Assembly: GCA_001512915.1 (NCBI GenBank)
Contig: LFTC01000079.1
Span: 19,166 to 83,165, forward strand
DNA from: Clostridiales bacterium DTU083
GTDB taxonomy: Bacteria; Bacillota; Clostridia; Caldicoprobacterales; DTU083
Reading direction: 5' to 3'
DNA: 64,000 nucleotides
The position numbers and the translations under genes are program-made. Every line of letters starts with the position of its first letter. Positions within the stretch are counted from its first letter, which is position 1. Positions 42,439 through 51,319 of the stretch are shown one piece after another. The notes under the pieces were generated by a model that was not told the origin of the DNA, made no database searches, and saw nothing but the letters and a program-made list of their open reading frames with translations.

Positions 42439-43695
42439 CTATAACAATGCACGGAAGGGATCTTCTATAATATCCTTCAAGTCCTTCAGAAATGCTGCGC
42501 CCACTGCCCCGTCAATTACCCTGTGATCGCAGGAAAGGGTCAGCTTCATTTGTGTCTGAACTTTAATATTGTCTTCCTCATCCACCACAGGCATTTTCTT
42601 CATTTCCCCTACAGCCAATATGGCTGAACCTGGCGGATTAATAATTGCAGTAAATTCCTCTATTCCAAATGAACCTAAATTGCTGATAGTAAATCCCGCA
42701 TTCTGATATTCTTCCGGCGTCAGTTTGTTATTTCTGGCTTTTTCAATAAGCTTACGAAGTTCTCCGTCGATTTCCTTGATTCCCTTATTGCCGCAATCCC
42801 GGACCACCGGAGTAATCAAACCATCCGGCAATGCAACCGCCAGGCCTATGTCAATCTGTTTTCTTATAAGGATATTATCATCTTGCCAGGCTGCATTTAT
42901 CATCCTGTGCTTTTTTATTGCTTCAGCAGCATATTTTATTATAAATGCATTGAAGGATATTTTATCAGGCAGCGACTCATTTATCCTCTTTCTGGTATCT
43001 ATCAGCTTATCCACAGCTGCTGTCACTGTCAGATAATAATGAGGAGCACTGTATTTAGATTCTGACAGGCGCCTTGCTATAACCTTCCGGGCGGCAGAAG
43101 CCGGAATCAATTCGTCTCCCGATGACGGTTGTACAGCATATGGCGGTATGCTTCGTACAGAAACTTCCGGAGCTGCTTTCTTCTCCATGTATTTTTCCAC
43201 ATCAGCCTTTATAATCCGGCCGTCCGGCCCGCTTCCCTTAATTCTGTCCAGAGGTAAATTATTAATTTCAGCTATTCTTCGGGCTAAAGGTGATGCTTTA
43301 ATTCGGGAATCGGCCGCCGTACCCGCATCTGCCTTTATTTTTTCAGTCTTAACATGTATTTCAGGGCTTTCCTCAGCCTGATCAGAGGAGCTGCCTCCGC
43401 CCTTTATGCCGCTCTTTTCACTTTTTATGCTTTCCAGCAAATCATCAATGTTTTCTCCTTCCTCACCAATGACTGCAATAACTTCACCTATGGCAGCCTG
43501 TTCCCCTTCCTGGACAAGGATTTTCAGCAGAGTCCCCTCCATGGTGGATTCATAATCCATTGTGGCTTTATCAGTTTCAACTTCGCATAAAACATCTCCG
43601 GAATTTACAAACTCGCCTTCCTTCTTATTCCACCTTACCACCGTACCTTCTTCCATAGTAGGTGACAGGGCAATCATCAATACTTGTTCAGCCAT
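42439..43695 (-). CDS. Dihydrolipoamide acyltransferase (E2)
   Basis: Lipoyl domain (VETDKATMDYES), an E3/E1-binding domain (ASPLARRIA), and a catalytic DHRVIDG motif. Confidence 0.93.
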   Translation of the reverse strand: MAEQVLMIALSPTMEEGTVVRWNKKEGEFVNSGDVLCEVETDKATMDYESTMEGTLLKILVQEGEQAAIGEVIAVIGEEGENIDDLLESIKSEKSGIKGGGSSSDQAEESPEIHVKTEKIKADAGTAADSRIKASPLARRIAEINNLPLDRIKGSGPDGRIIKADVEKYMEKKAAPEVSVRSIPPYAVQPSSGDELIPASAARKVIARRLSESKYSAPHYYLTVTAAVDKLIDTRKRINESLPDKISFNAFIIKYAAEAIKKHRMINAAWQDDNILIRKQIDIGLAVALPDGLITPVVRDCGNKGIKEIDGELRKLIEKARNNKLTPEEYQNAGFTISNLGSFGIEEFTAIINPPGSAILAVGEMKKMPVVDEEDNIKVQTQMKLTLSCDHRVIDGAVGAAFLKDLKDIIEDPFRALL

Positions 43696-43725
43696 GAGTT
43701 TCCCCCTTCACATTGATATTGGCTT

Positions 43726-44712
43726 TCAGATATACAACACTTTCTTTGCCGCATCAAGTATCTTCTCAACGCTGGGCTGGACTGCCAGCTCCAATGTATG
43801 ATTGTATGGCATTGGAACATCTTCGGATGTTACCACCTCTATTGGTGCATCAAGATAATCGAAGCAGTTTTTTGATATAAGCCATCCTATGTGGGTAGCC
43901 ACGCTGGCAAAGGGCCAGGTTTCGTCAACTATCACACATCGGTTGGTTTTTCTGACAGACTGATAAACAGCCTCTTCATCCAGGGGTTTAATGGTGCGCA
44001 GGTCAACAATCTCTGCATCCACGCCCATATCCGCCAGTTGCTGTGCTGCCTGCTCCACCAGCCGTAATGGCTTGGAATAGGTTATAAAGGTAATGTCCTT
44101 TCCTTCCCGTTTGATATCTGCCTTTCCAAGAGGTATTAAATATTCCTCCTCCGGCACCTCGCCTTTCCAGCTATACATAAGTTCCGCTTCCAGAAACAGA
44201 ACCGGATTATCGTTACGAATACTGGATTTAAGCAAGCCCTTCGCGTCATAAGGGGTAGCAGGTGCAACAACAATCAAGCCTGGTGCATGGGCATAAATAG
44301 ACTGGAGGGCTTGAGAATGCTGTGAACTTAAATATTCTGCAGGCCCGTTTGGTCCCCTGAATACTATGGGTACACTTAGCTGCCCGCCGGACATATGCCG
44401 CATTTTTGCTGCATTGTTTACTACCTGATCATATGCCAGAAGGGAAAAATTAAATGTCATCCATTCCACTATAGGCCGGAGACCTGCCATAGCCGCTCCT
44501 ATGCCTATGCCGGTAAAGCCGGCTTCAGTTATGGGCGTATCAATCACCCGTTTTTCTCCGTATTTATCGAGCAGCCCCTGGCTGACTTTGTACGCTCCGT
44601 CATATTCTCCTACTTCCTCCCCCATCAATATGACCCGCTCATCCCGTGCCATTTCTTCATCCATTGCCTGCCTGATGGCTTCACGAAAAGTAATTACAGC
44701 CATTTGCTTCAC
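43726..44712 (-). CDS. 2-oxoacid dehydrogenase E1 component, beta subunit
   Basis: 328-aa transketolase-like pyrimidine-binding and C-terminal domains, in operon position between E1 alpha and E2. Confidence 0.9.
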   Translation of the reverse strand: MKQMAVITFREAIRQAMDEEMARDERVILMGEEVGEYDGAYKVSQGLLDKYGEKRVIDTPITEAGFTGIGIGAAMAGLRPIVEWMTFNFSLLAYDQVVNNAAKMRHMSGGQLSVPIVFRGPNGPAEYLSSQHSQALQSIYAHAPGLIVVAPATPYDAKGLLKSSIRNDNPVLFLEAELMYSWKGEVPEEEYLIPLGKADIKREGKDITFITYSKPLRLVEQAAQQLADMGVDAEIVDLRTIKPLDEEAVYQSVRKTNRCVIVDETWPFASVATHIGWLISKNCFDYLDAPIEVVTSEDVPMPYNHTLELAVQPSVEKILDAAKKVLYI

Positions 44713-44718
44713 CTCCGA

Positions 44719-45696
44719 TTAAGCGTAAATATCTTCATATATGGCCTCAAGGGGAGGCTCTTCACTTTCTTCTGCAAAACGTACCGATTCATTTACAATC
44801 TCCTTACACTTATTGTCCAGCTCCTTAAATTCCTCATCTGTCAGAAGCCCGGCATCCGCCATTTTTTTGCGCAGTATTGTGATGGGATCCTGGCTTTTAT
44901 ATTTTTCCAGTTCTTCCTTAGTCCTGTACCTGGCCGGATCACTCATGGAGTGGCCGCGATAACGGTATGTCTGAATCTCCAATAATACAGGAGTATTTTC
45001 CTCTTTAACCATTTTTATTGCTTTCTGGGTTTCTTCGTACACTGTAATAACGTCCATGCCGTTGACCTGCCATGCAGGTATGTTATAGGAAGTGCCCATT
45101 ATGGAATAATCATGAACGGAAGATACCCGTTTATAATTTGTTCCCATACCGTAATGGTTGTTTTCACAAATGAATATTATCGGCAGATCCCAAATTTTTG
45201 CCATATTAAGTGTTTCATGGAATACACCCTGATGAATAGCGCCATCCCCAAAGTAGCAGAGCACTACGCCGTCTTCATCAAAATATTTAATCTTTAGAGC
45301 CACACCTGCCGCAATGGGAATATGGGCTCCCACAATTCCATTGCCGCCGTACATATGGTTTTCAACGTCAAAAAAGTGCATGGAACCGCCTTTGCCTTTG
45401 GAACAGCCTGTGACTTTTCCAAATAGTTCAGCCATGGCAGCATTAGGATGCATGCCGCAGGCAAGAGCGTGACCATGATCGCGATAGCTGGTCAATACAT
45501 AATCTTTTTTCAGATCCAATGCCGCAATGGATCCTACGGCCACTGCTTCCTGGCCAATATATAGGTGTAAGAAGCCGCCAATCTTTCGAAGCCCATACAT
45601 TTGTGCAGATTTCTCTTCAAATCTTCTAATCAAAAGCATTTGTTCCAGCAGCTTCATTAAAAATGTCTTATCATAATTAGGCAGACTCAATATCAT
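44719..45696 (-). CDS. 2-oxoacid dehydrogenase E1 component, alpha subunit (TPP-dependent; pyruvate or acetoin type)
   Basis: 325-aa ORF with the TPP motif GDGAIHQGVFHETLN. Substrate (pyruvate, acetoin or branched-chain) cannot be assigned by eye. Confidence 0.9.
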   Translation of the reverse strand: MILSLPNYDKTFLMKLLEQMLLIRRFEEKSAQMYGLRKIGGFLHLYIGQEAVAVGSIAALDLKKDYVLTSYRDHGHALACGMHPNAAMAELFGKVTGCSKGKGGSMHFFDVENHMYGGNGIVGAHIPIAAGVALKIKYFDEDGVVLCYFGDGAIHQGVFHETLNMAKIWDLPIIFICENNHYGMGTNYKRVSSVHDYSIMGTSYNIPAWQVNGMDVITVYEETQKAIKMVKEENTPVLLEIQTYRYRGHSMSDPARYRTKEELEKYKSQDPITILRKKMADAGLLTDEEFKELDNKCKEIVNESVRFAEESEEPPLEAIYEDIYA

Positions 45697-45701
45697 CCCT
45701 C

Positions 45702-46139
45702 CTAGAATTGAATAGTATATGATGATCCTTTCAAGGGCTCATAATAGGAAGCCTTTTCAATTACGGTTTCCAGTACCACAAATTCGTCTATTTCCTCATT
45801 AATTTTCCAGAACATGGTAAGCCTGTCTCCGACTGTTTCAAGCAATTCAGTTTTCAGCGACGGATTCTCGATAACATTTGTCTTTCCATAAATGTTTATT
45901 ACCTGACTGAGTGAACGGGTTTGAATCATCCAAGTGACATCAGGATTATGTAGAATATGCTGAACCTTCCTGGAATTTTGTGGTGTAACTGCATATATAA
46001 CTCCTTTTCTGCCCCTGATTAGAATTGGTGTCATCCATCTGATGTGGGTAATACCGTTTTCATCCCTTGTTGAAAGGATCCCTGCATTGGAAGCATCTAT
46101 AATTTCCGCCAGTTTACTTATGAATTTTTGCTGATCCAT
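45702..46139 (-). CDS. Pyridoxamine 5'-phosphate oxidase-like (FMN-binding split barrel, general stress protein 26-like) protein
   Basis: The start MDQQKF at 46139 has a GGAGGG RBS. The gene ends 5 nt before the E1 alpha start, so it is probably co-transcribed. Confidence 0.7.
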   Translation of the reverse strand: MDQQKFISKLAEIIDASNAGILSTRDENGITHIRWMTPILIRGRKGVIYAVTPQNSRKVQHILHNPDVTWMIQTRSLSQVINIYGKTNVIENPSLKTELLETVGDRLTMFWKINEEIDEFVVLETVIEKASYYEPLKGSSYTIQF

Positions 46140-46184
46140 GTTTCTACCCTCCATAGGCTGATTTGTTATTGTATATATAAACAC

Positions 46185-46220
46185 AAAAAACACCTTTCAA
46201 TCCAATAGGAATGAAAGGTG
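46185..46220 (-). terminator. Rho-independent terminator after the 173-aa membrane protein gene
   Basis: CACCTTTCA...TGAAAGGTG hairpin, followed on the minus strand by UUUUUUG. Confidence 0.7.
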
Positions 46221-46241
46221 TTTACAGCTATATTTTATATA

Positions 46242-46763
46242 TTAGTAAAAGAGTTTGGCCGGCAAAAGAAAAGTCCAAGGAAGGGTTACAACTGCTATTA
46301 GGGCTGCTGCTTTCCATCTGGCCAGTACATCCTTTATGGACCTGCGGAAAGTATAATTATAATTGAAAAGCAGAATAAGCAGGCCTGATATAAATATGGC
46401 TACAAGTATCAATGTAAAGGCAAGGAAATTGCTGTAGGGATCATAAGTTATGCCATTTATAATTTCATCGGAAATGCCAAGGACATCCTGCAGGAGCACA
46501 CATGCATAAAGAATAGCAGCGCCGATAAAATCTGCCAAAAAACCGAAAAACCACACTTTTACAATATTCTTTTTATAAAACTTCAGCCAACTCCATTCCT
46601 GGTTAGGCTTTAATAGAAAATAACATGCTGTAAGCACTATTGAGTCAATAATCCAATTTCCAACAAGTGAAACCAATATAACCGGAGGAAAGAATATCAA
46701 CAACCAAACAGGAAAAATAATATTGTACAGCTTGGTCTGCTCTGATGGTTGGGCCTGTTCCAT
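46242..46763 (-). CDS. Hypothetical polytopic membrane protein
   Basis: 173-aa ORF with 4-5 hydrophobic segments and no recognisable motif. Confidence 0.6.
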   Translation of the reverse strand: MEQAQPSEQTKLYNIIFPVWLLIFFPPVILVSLVGNWIIDSIVLTACYFLLKPNQEWSWLKFYKKNIVKVWFFGFLADFIGAAILYACVLLQDVLGISDEIINGITYDPYSNFLAFTLILVAIFISGLLILLFNYNYTFRRSIKDVLARWKAAALIAVVTLPWTFLLPAKLFY

Positions 46764-46792
46764 GGTATAAACTCCTTTTACCGTTAACTGTG

Positions 46793-46823
46793 AAAAGCAC
46801 CGATCTTTTGATCAGTGCTTTTT
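46793..46823. terminator. Hairpin between the Wzz-like gene and the membrane protein gene
   Basis: AAAAGCACCGATC-tttt-GATCAGTGCTTTTT. The U-run is better on the plus strand than on the coding (minus) strand. Confidence 0.45.
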
Positions 46824-46859
46824 CTGCATTCTGTATTACTTTTTTATCGTCTTAATATA

Positions 46860-47906
46860 TTACCGCCGTTGCTCTTTAACCCAAAATTCTTTGATATAAG
46901 CGATAATTAAGCCTAACATAAGACCAATCACCAGGCCGATTGCCACATTGCGCTTGGAATTCGGGCTTATCTTTTGTCCTGGTGCAACAGCCTGGGATGG
47001 CATGTAAATGCCGTTTTTAACTATTCCTTCAACGTCCAGCTGTGCTACTTTCTCATAATTACCTGTTTCATAATAGTCGGCAATCAACTTCTTTTGTTCT
47101 TCCAAGGCATTCAATTGCTCGTTATGCTTTTGTATAGTATCTTCCATTACAAAGATTTCCTGCTGTAAAGATATTATGTTTTTTTCTACTTCCAGATAAT
47201 TAGGATTTATTATATTTCCCAGCACAATATAATCTATGGATCCATTTAAGCTTTCCTGTACTTCCAGCATAGCCTCCTTCTGATTAAAGAACTTGGGCAT
47301 TTTTGCAAGCAAGTCCTCATTCATTTTCAGAAGGGCATATTTGCTCTCAAGAGTTTTTTCCAGTATTGTCAGATCAGTGTTAAGCTGGTTATAAAAGTAT
47401 TCTACAATTCTATCCCTGATCATCACGTCAACAAATTCAACATAATTCTTATACAAAGCTTGAGCCAGCTGCAGGGATTTCTCAGGATCATCAGCTGAAA
47501 CCAGTACAGTAAAAGTATTCTGCTCCTTTGCGTCAGAGCTTTTTATGGAAATACGGCTTCTAAGGCCGTCGACTGATCCGCCGTATCCCAGATCCTCTTT
47601 TGTGTTCAGCAGCACCTGGTTGCTGGTAATCAGATCTATGTATTGTTTATTGGATGTAATAGGCAGAGTATATTCACCGTACCGGGTATTATATTTCTCC
47701 GGCATATTGACTACTATATCCAGCTTTGTCTGATACACCGGCGAAAGCATGAACAAGCTGTATAAGCCGGTTAGTACGGCTGCTATAATGGCTATGCTTA
47801 GAATTATGTACTTATTCCGCCACAATGCTAAAATCAGCTCACGCAGATCAATCTCATCTTCATGCTTATCTATTTTATCCAGATTGCTATTTTGAATATC
47901 ACTCAT
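46860..47906 (-). CDS. Wzz/polysaccharide co-polymerase (chain-length determinant) family protein
   Basis: 348-aa ORF with N-terminal EIDLRELILALWRNKYIIL plus a TM segment, a long coiled-coil-like middle, and a C-terminal TM segment (VAIGLVIGLMLGLIIAY). No partner tyrosine kinase gene is adjacent. Confidence 0.7.
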   Translation of the reverse strand: MSDIQNSNLDKIDKHEDEIDLRELILALWRNKYIILSIAIIAAVLTGLYSLFMLSPVYQTKLDIVVNMPEKYNTRYGEYTLPITSNKQYIDLITSNQVLLNTKEDLGYGGSVDGLRSRISIKSSDAKEQNTFTVLVSADDPEKSLQLAQALYKNYVEFVDVMIRDRIVEYFYNQLNTDLTILEKTLESKYALLKMNEDLLAKMPKFFNQKEAMLEVQESLNGSIDYIVLGNIINPNYLEVEKNIISLQQEIFVMEDTIQKHNEQLNALEEQKKLIADYYETGNYEKVAQLDVEGIVKNGIYMPSQAVAPGQKISPNSKRNVAIGLVIGLMLGLIIAYIKEFWVKEQRR

Positions 47907-48007
47907 ATTTCCTTATTTCCTCCTGAATGCTTTTAAATTACATGATACATATTATACCATGAAAATAATACACGTACAATAAGAATAATAAATGCCGAAA
48001 AATATTG

Positions 48008-48763
48008 TCATTCAAAAGGCAATATGCCCAGTGCTTTGTAAGTGTCCCAATCCACATAATGATCAATGGGCAGCAGGTTTTCTTTTTTGAACTTTATGAG
48101 GGCAGCTTTCATTCCCTCCCCGTATATTCCATCCAAGGCGCCTTCATAGTAACCCAGCTTTTGCAGCCGTTTTTGCACCTCCAGCACCTGAGAATTGCGA
48201 TCGCCTGGCGCCAGCTTTTCAAAAGAGCTGCCCATATTGCCGTAAGGGCCTCCGTAGATAAAGACACGGGTTTTATAAGGAACGATGCTGTATAACTCTT
48301 CCACATCGCTGTTTCTCATACGGATGCACCCCGCAGATGCCCGGTAACCAATGGAGCCTGGTTTGTTTGTTCCATGGATGCCATAAACACCCCAGGGAAC
48401 ATTCAGCCCCATCCAGCGGGTTCCAAACCCGCTTCCCCAATTCCTGGCCTTGCTGGTAATATACCATACACCTACAGGCGATGGCGTTCCAGCTTTGCCC
48501 TGAGCAATAGGATATTTCTTTATGAGTTTATTATTTTCAAACAAATAGAGCATGGATTCAGTTAAATCGATAAGTATGTCGTACCTTTCCTCATCCGGAT
48601 CATTTTTTTCTGATAAGACCGGCCTTTCAGGCTCGCTTAACATAAAAGCATGCTCCACATGTATAGTGTAATTATCTAAAAATATATACATCACAACAAT
48701 TATTATGACATATGCAATGGCTTGTATTTTTCTTAGGCTGGATTTGGAAAACATGGCTGGCAC
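48008..48763 (-). CDS. L,D-transpeptidase (YkuD) with C-terminal peptidoglycan-binding domain
   Basis: Catalytic motif HGTNKPGSIGYRASAGCIRM, plus PG_binding_1-like VLEVQKRLQKLGYYEGALDGIYG. There is an N-terminal TM anchor. Confidence 0.88.
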   Translation of the reverse strand: MPAMFSKSSLRKIQAIAYVIIIVVMYIFLDNYTIHVEHAFMLSEPERPVLSEKNDPDEERYDILIDLTESMLYLFENNKLIKKYPIAQGKAGTPSPVGVWYITSKARNWGSGFGTRWMGLNVPWGVYGIHGTNKPGSIGYRASAGCIRMRNSDVEELYSIVPYKTRVFIYGGPYGNMGSSFEKLAPGDRNSQVLEVQKRLQKLGYYEGALDGIYGEGMKAALIKFKKENLLPIDHYVDWDTYKALGILPFE

Positions 48764-48819
48764 CTCCGCTATAGAAATATATTATTTCCAGCGGAGGTAT
48801 TAGAACATATTATGTTATA

Positions 48820-49740
48820 TTATGCGGGATCTTTCCTAACAAGAGTTTCAAAGTCAAGGACTATATCGCTATCCACATTATGTCCTGATATGACATCTGC
48901 AGCGGTTCTAACCGCCTCGTATCCAAGATCGGAATAGTTCAAACCGACTGTGCCGCATAACTGGCCATGGTTAATCAGCTGCACAATTTCATCTGTATAA
49001 TCAAAAGCAACTATTTGAATTTCTCCTTTTCTTTCATTATTCACATATTCCGCTGCTGCCGCGGCTGTTTCGGGACAAGCTGCAAGTATCCCCTTAATAT
49101 TTGGATGAGCTGCCAAAATATCCTGCAATGTTTTTCGGGTGTTATCCCTTTGACCATTGCAGCAATATAAGTTTATAAGCTTTATTGCGGGATATTGCTG
49201 CAAAGCTTCTTTAAAACCATTTTCAAGGTCAGCAGCTTTAGGATCGTCCCAGGAAGTGTTCAACAGCACAGCCTCTCCTTCCTTTTCCATTGCCTCTGCT
49301 AACAGCTGTCCGGCCTTTACTGCCGCTTCCTTTTTGTTGTAAGTAATATAAGTGCCTGATATGTCAAATTTTTTAACCGGATCCATATAAATAATCGGAA
49401 TGCCCTTTTTATGGGCTTTCTCCAGATATTTTGCAAGCTCATCATTTTCAAATGAAGAGACAATAAGGGCTTTGGTGGATTTCCGGATTGCTTTGTTAAT
49501 CTTTTTAAAGGCATCATCCGGATGATTTGATAAATCCATTTGAATAGTTTCTATGCTTAACCGGAAATCATCTGCAGCCTTTTCCAGCCCTGATATAATT
49601 TCTCCGACTTGCCCTGTACTGGTTTCACTGCTGATAAAGGCATATACTTCAGGCCTTGGATTATCAACAGTTACCTCTACGCTGCAGCCTGCCATAATGG
49701 GCAGTAAAAGTAATGCCGCAAATAAAGCCAATTTTCTCAT
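48820..49740 (-). CDS. Sugar-type periplasmic binding lipoprotein (RbsB/LacI-fold), orphan
   Basis: Lipobox LPIMAGCS and a type I periplasmic-binding-protein-like sequence. No permease or ATPase gene is nearby. Confidence 0.7.
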   Translation of the reverse strand: MRKLALFAALLLLPIMAGCSVEVTVDNPRPEVYAFISSETSTGQVGEIISGLEKAADDFRLSIETIQMDLSNHPDDAFKKINKAIRKSTKALIVSSFENDELAKYLEKAHKKGIPIIYMDPVKKFDISGTYITYNKKEAAVKAGQLLAEAMEKEGEAVLLNTSWDDPKAADLENGFKEALQQYPAIKLINLYCCNGQRDNTRKTLQDILAAHPNIKGILAACPETAAAAAEYVNNERKGEIQIVAFDYTDEIVQLINHGQLCGTVGLNYSDLGYEAVRTAADVISGHNVDSDIVLDFETLVRKDPA

Positions 49741-49755
49741 GGAGAACCCCTTCTT

Positions 49756-50136
49756 CTATTCTTTCAATGCAACTAAAACACAATTCTTCACATAGTTAAG
49801 CCCTTTTTCCTCTAACAGCTCAACTATTTCCTGGTTATGTGTTCCCGGCTGAAGCCAGATATACTTTACACCCAGCTGGGCTGCCTCTTCGATTATGCCT
49901 TTTCCTATTTGAGGGTTTACAACCATATCAATTACATCAGGCTTTTCCGGCAAATCCTTCAGGCTTGGATAGCATTTATCCCCATCTACTGTATCATACC
50001 CCGGGTTTACCGGATATACCTTATACCCATGTATTTTTAATTTTTTATATATCTTGTAGCCAAACTTATCAGGTTTTGTATTTGCACCTACCACAGCCCA
50101 AACTTTCTTTTTCAGCATTTCCTGGGAAAGATCCAT
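49756..50136 (-). CDS. CoA-binding domain protein (YccU/YneT-like)
   Basis: 126-aa ORF (KKVWAVVGANTKPDKFGYKIYKKL...). Confidence 0.8.
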   Translation of the reverse strand: MDLSQEMLKKKVWAVVGANTKPDKFGYKIYKKLKIHGYKVYPVNPGYDTVDGDKCYPSLKDLPEKPDVIDMVVNPQIGKGIIEEAAQLGVKYIWLQPGTHNQEIVELLEEKGLNYVKNCVLVALKE

Positions 50137-50150
50137 GGTTAAACCTCCTT

Positions 50151-51317
50151 TTACAATTCGATCAACTCTATATTCTCCAGAGCTTCCTTTATTAATATAT
50201 TACCATCTACCAGAGCTTCAGACTCTAATATTTTATTTAAACGAGGCTGAGTAACCGGATGTTTCGGAGTAAAGATGGTACAGCAATCTTCATAAGGTAA
50301 AATGGAGGTTTCATAGGTACCTATTGTTTGCGCAAGATTCATTATATCAAGCTTATCAAAGCCAATGAGAGGACGAAATACCGGCATGGAGACAGCATCA
50401 TTTGTGACTACAAGGCTTTCAATGGTCTGGCTTGCTACTTGGCCTATGCTCTCCCCTGTTACCAGGGCAGAAGCCTTTTCCTTGCGGGCAATTTTCTCTG
50501 CTATTTTCATCATAAATCTCCGCATCAGTATAGTAAGCTGCTGATCCGGACATTTTTCGTACAATTCCTGCTGTATGCGGGTAAAAGGAACCACATGGAG
50601 TCTCATGGAACCAGTATAGCGTGTAAGAATTCTGGCCAGCTCGATAACTTTTTCCTTAGAACGATCACTGGTATATGGGAAACTGTGGTAATGCACAGCT
50701 GTCAATTTAACGCCTCTTTTGGCAATCATCCAGCCGGCTACCGGACTGTCAATGCCTCCTGATAACAGCAGAGCCGCCTTTCCATTTGTTCCTACCGGCA
50801 TGCCGCCTGCACAAGGAATAACCTCATGGTACAGATAGCAGAATTCTCTTACTTCCACATTCAGCGTAAGCTCAGGCTCGTGGACATCCACCTTTAACCG
50901 GGGAAACTGCCTTAGCAGGCTTGCACCCAGCTGTCTGCTGATTTCCATCGAATTCATGGGAAAATGCTTGTCCGCTCGTCTGGATTCCACTTTGAATGTG
51001 AGAACACCCTTGTTGAAGCCGGTTAAAAACTTTTCAATAATCTTTTTGGAATACTCTGTCATTACTTCAAAATCTTTTTCTACCTTATATGCCGGGCTGA
51101 TTGAAACTATGCCGAAAACCCTGGTAAGAGCATCTATAACGGCAGCTTCATCAGCGTAGTTTTCCACATAGAACCGGCCTTGAGCCCGAACTACCTTTAC
51201 ATCAGGAATGTGCCGCAGTGATTTTTTTATATTCTCAAGCAGCTTTTTTTCAAAATACGGCCTGTTTAAGCCTTTCAGGTGAATTTCACCATATCTTATC
51301 AATATTACTTTTTCCAT
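50151..51317 (-). CDS. thiI: tRNA 4-thiouridine(8) synthase ThiI (no rhodanese domain)
   Basis: 388-aa ORF with a THUMP region and the PP-loop LLSGGIDSPVA. Confidence 0.92.
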   Translation of the reverse strand: MEKVILIRYGEIHLKGLNRPYFEKKLLENIKKSLRHIPDVKVVRAQGRFYVENYADEAAVIDALTRVFGIVSISPAYKVEKDFEVMTEYSKKIIEKFLTGFNKGVLTFKVESRRADKHFPMNSMEISRQLGASLLRQFPRLKVDVHEPELTLNVEVREFCYLYHEVIPCAGGMPVGTNGKAALLLSGGIDSPVAGWMIAKRGVKLTAVHYHSFPYTSDRSKEKVIELARILTRYTGSMRLHVVPFTRIQQELYEKCPDQQLTILMRRFMMKIAEKIARKEKASALVTGESIGQVASQTIESLVVTNDAVSMPVFRPLIGFDKLDIMNLAQTIGTYETSILPYEDCCTIFTPKHPVTQPRLNKILESEALVDGNILIKEALENIELIEL

Positions 51318-51319
51318 TA

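Noticed and set aside
44395-44985. 196-aa plus-strand ORF across the E1 alpha/E1 beta junction, and similar antisense ORFs in the dehydrogenase operon
   Set aside because: It spans two well-supported minus-strand genes and their intergenic RBS. It has no start signals and a hydrophobic junk-like composition.
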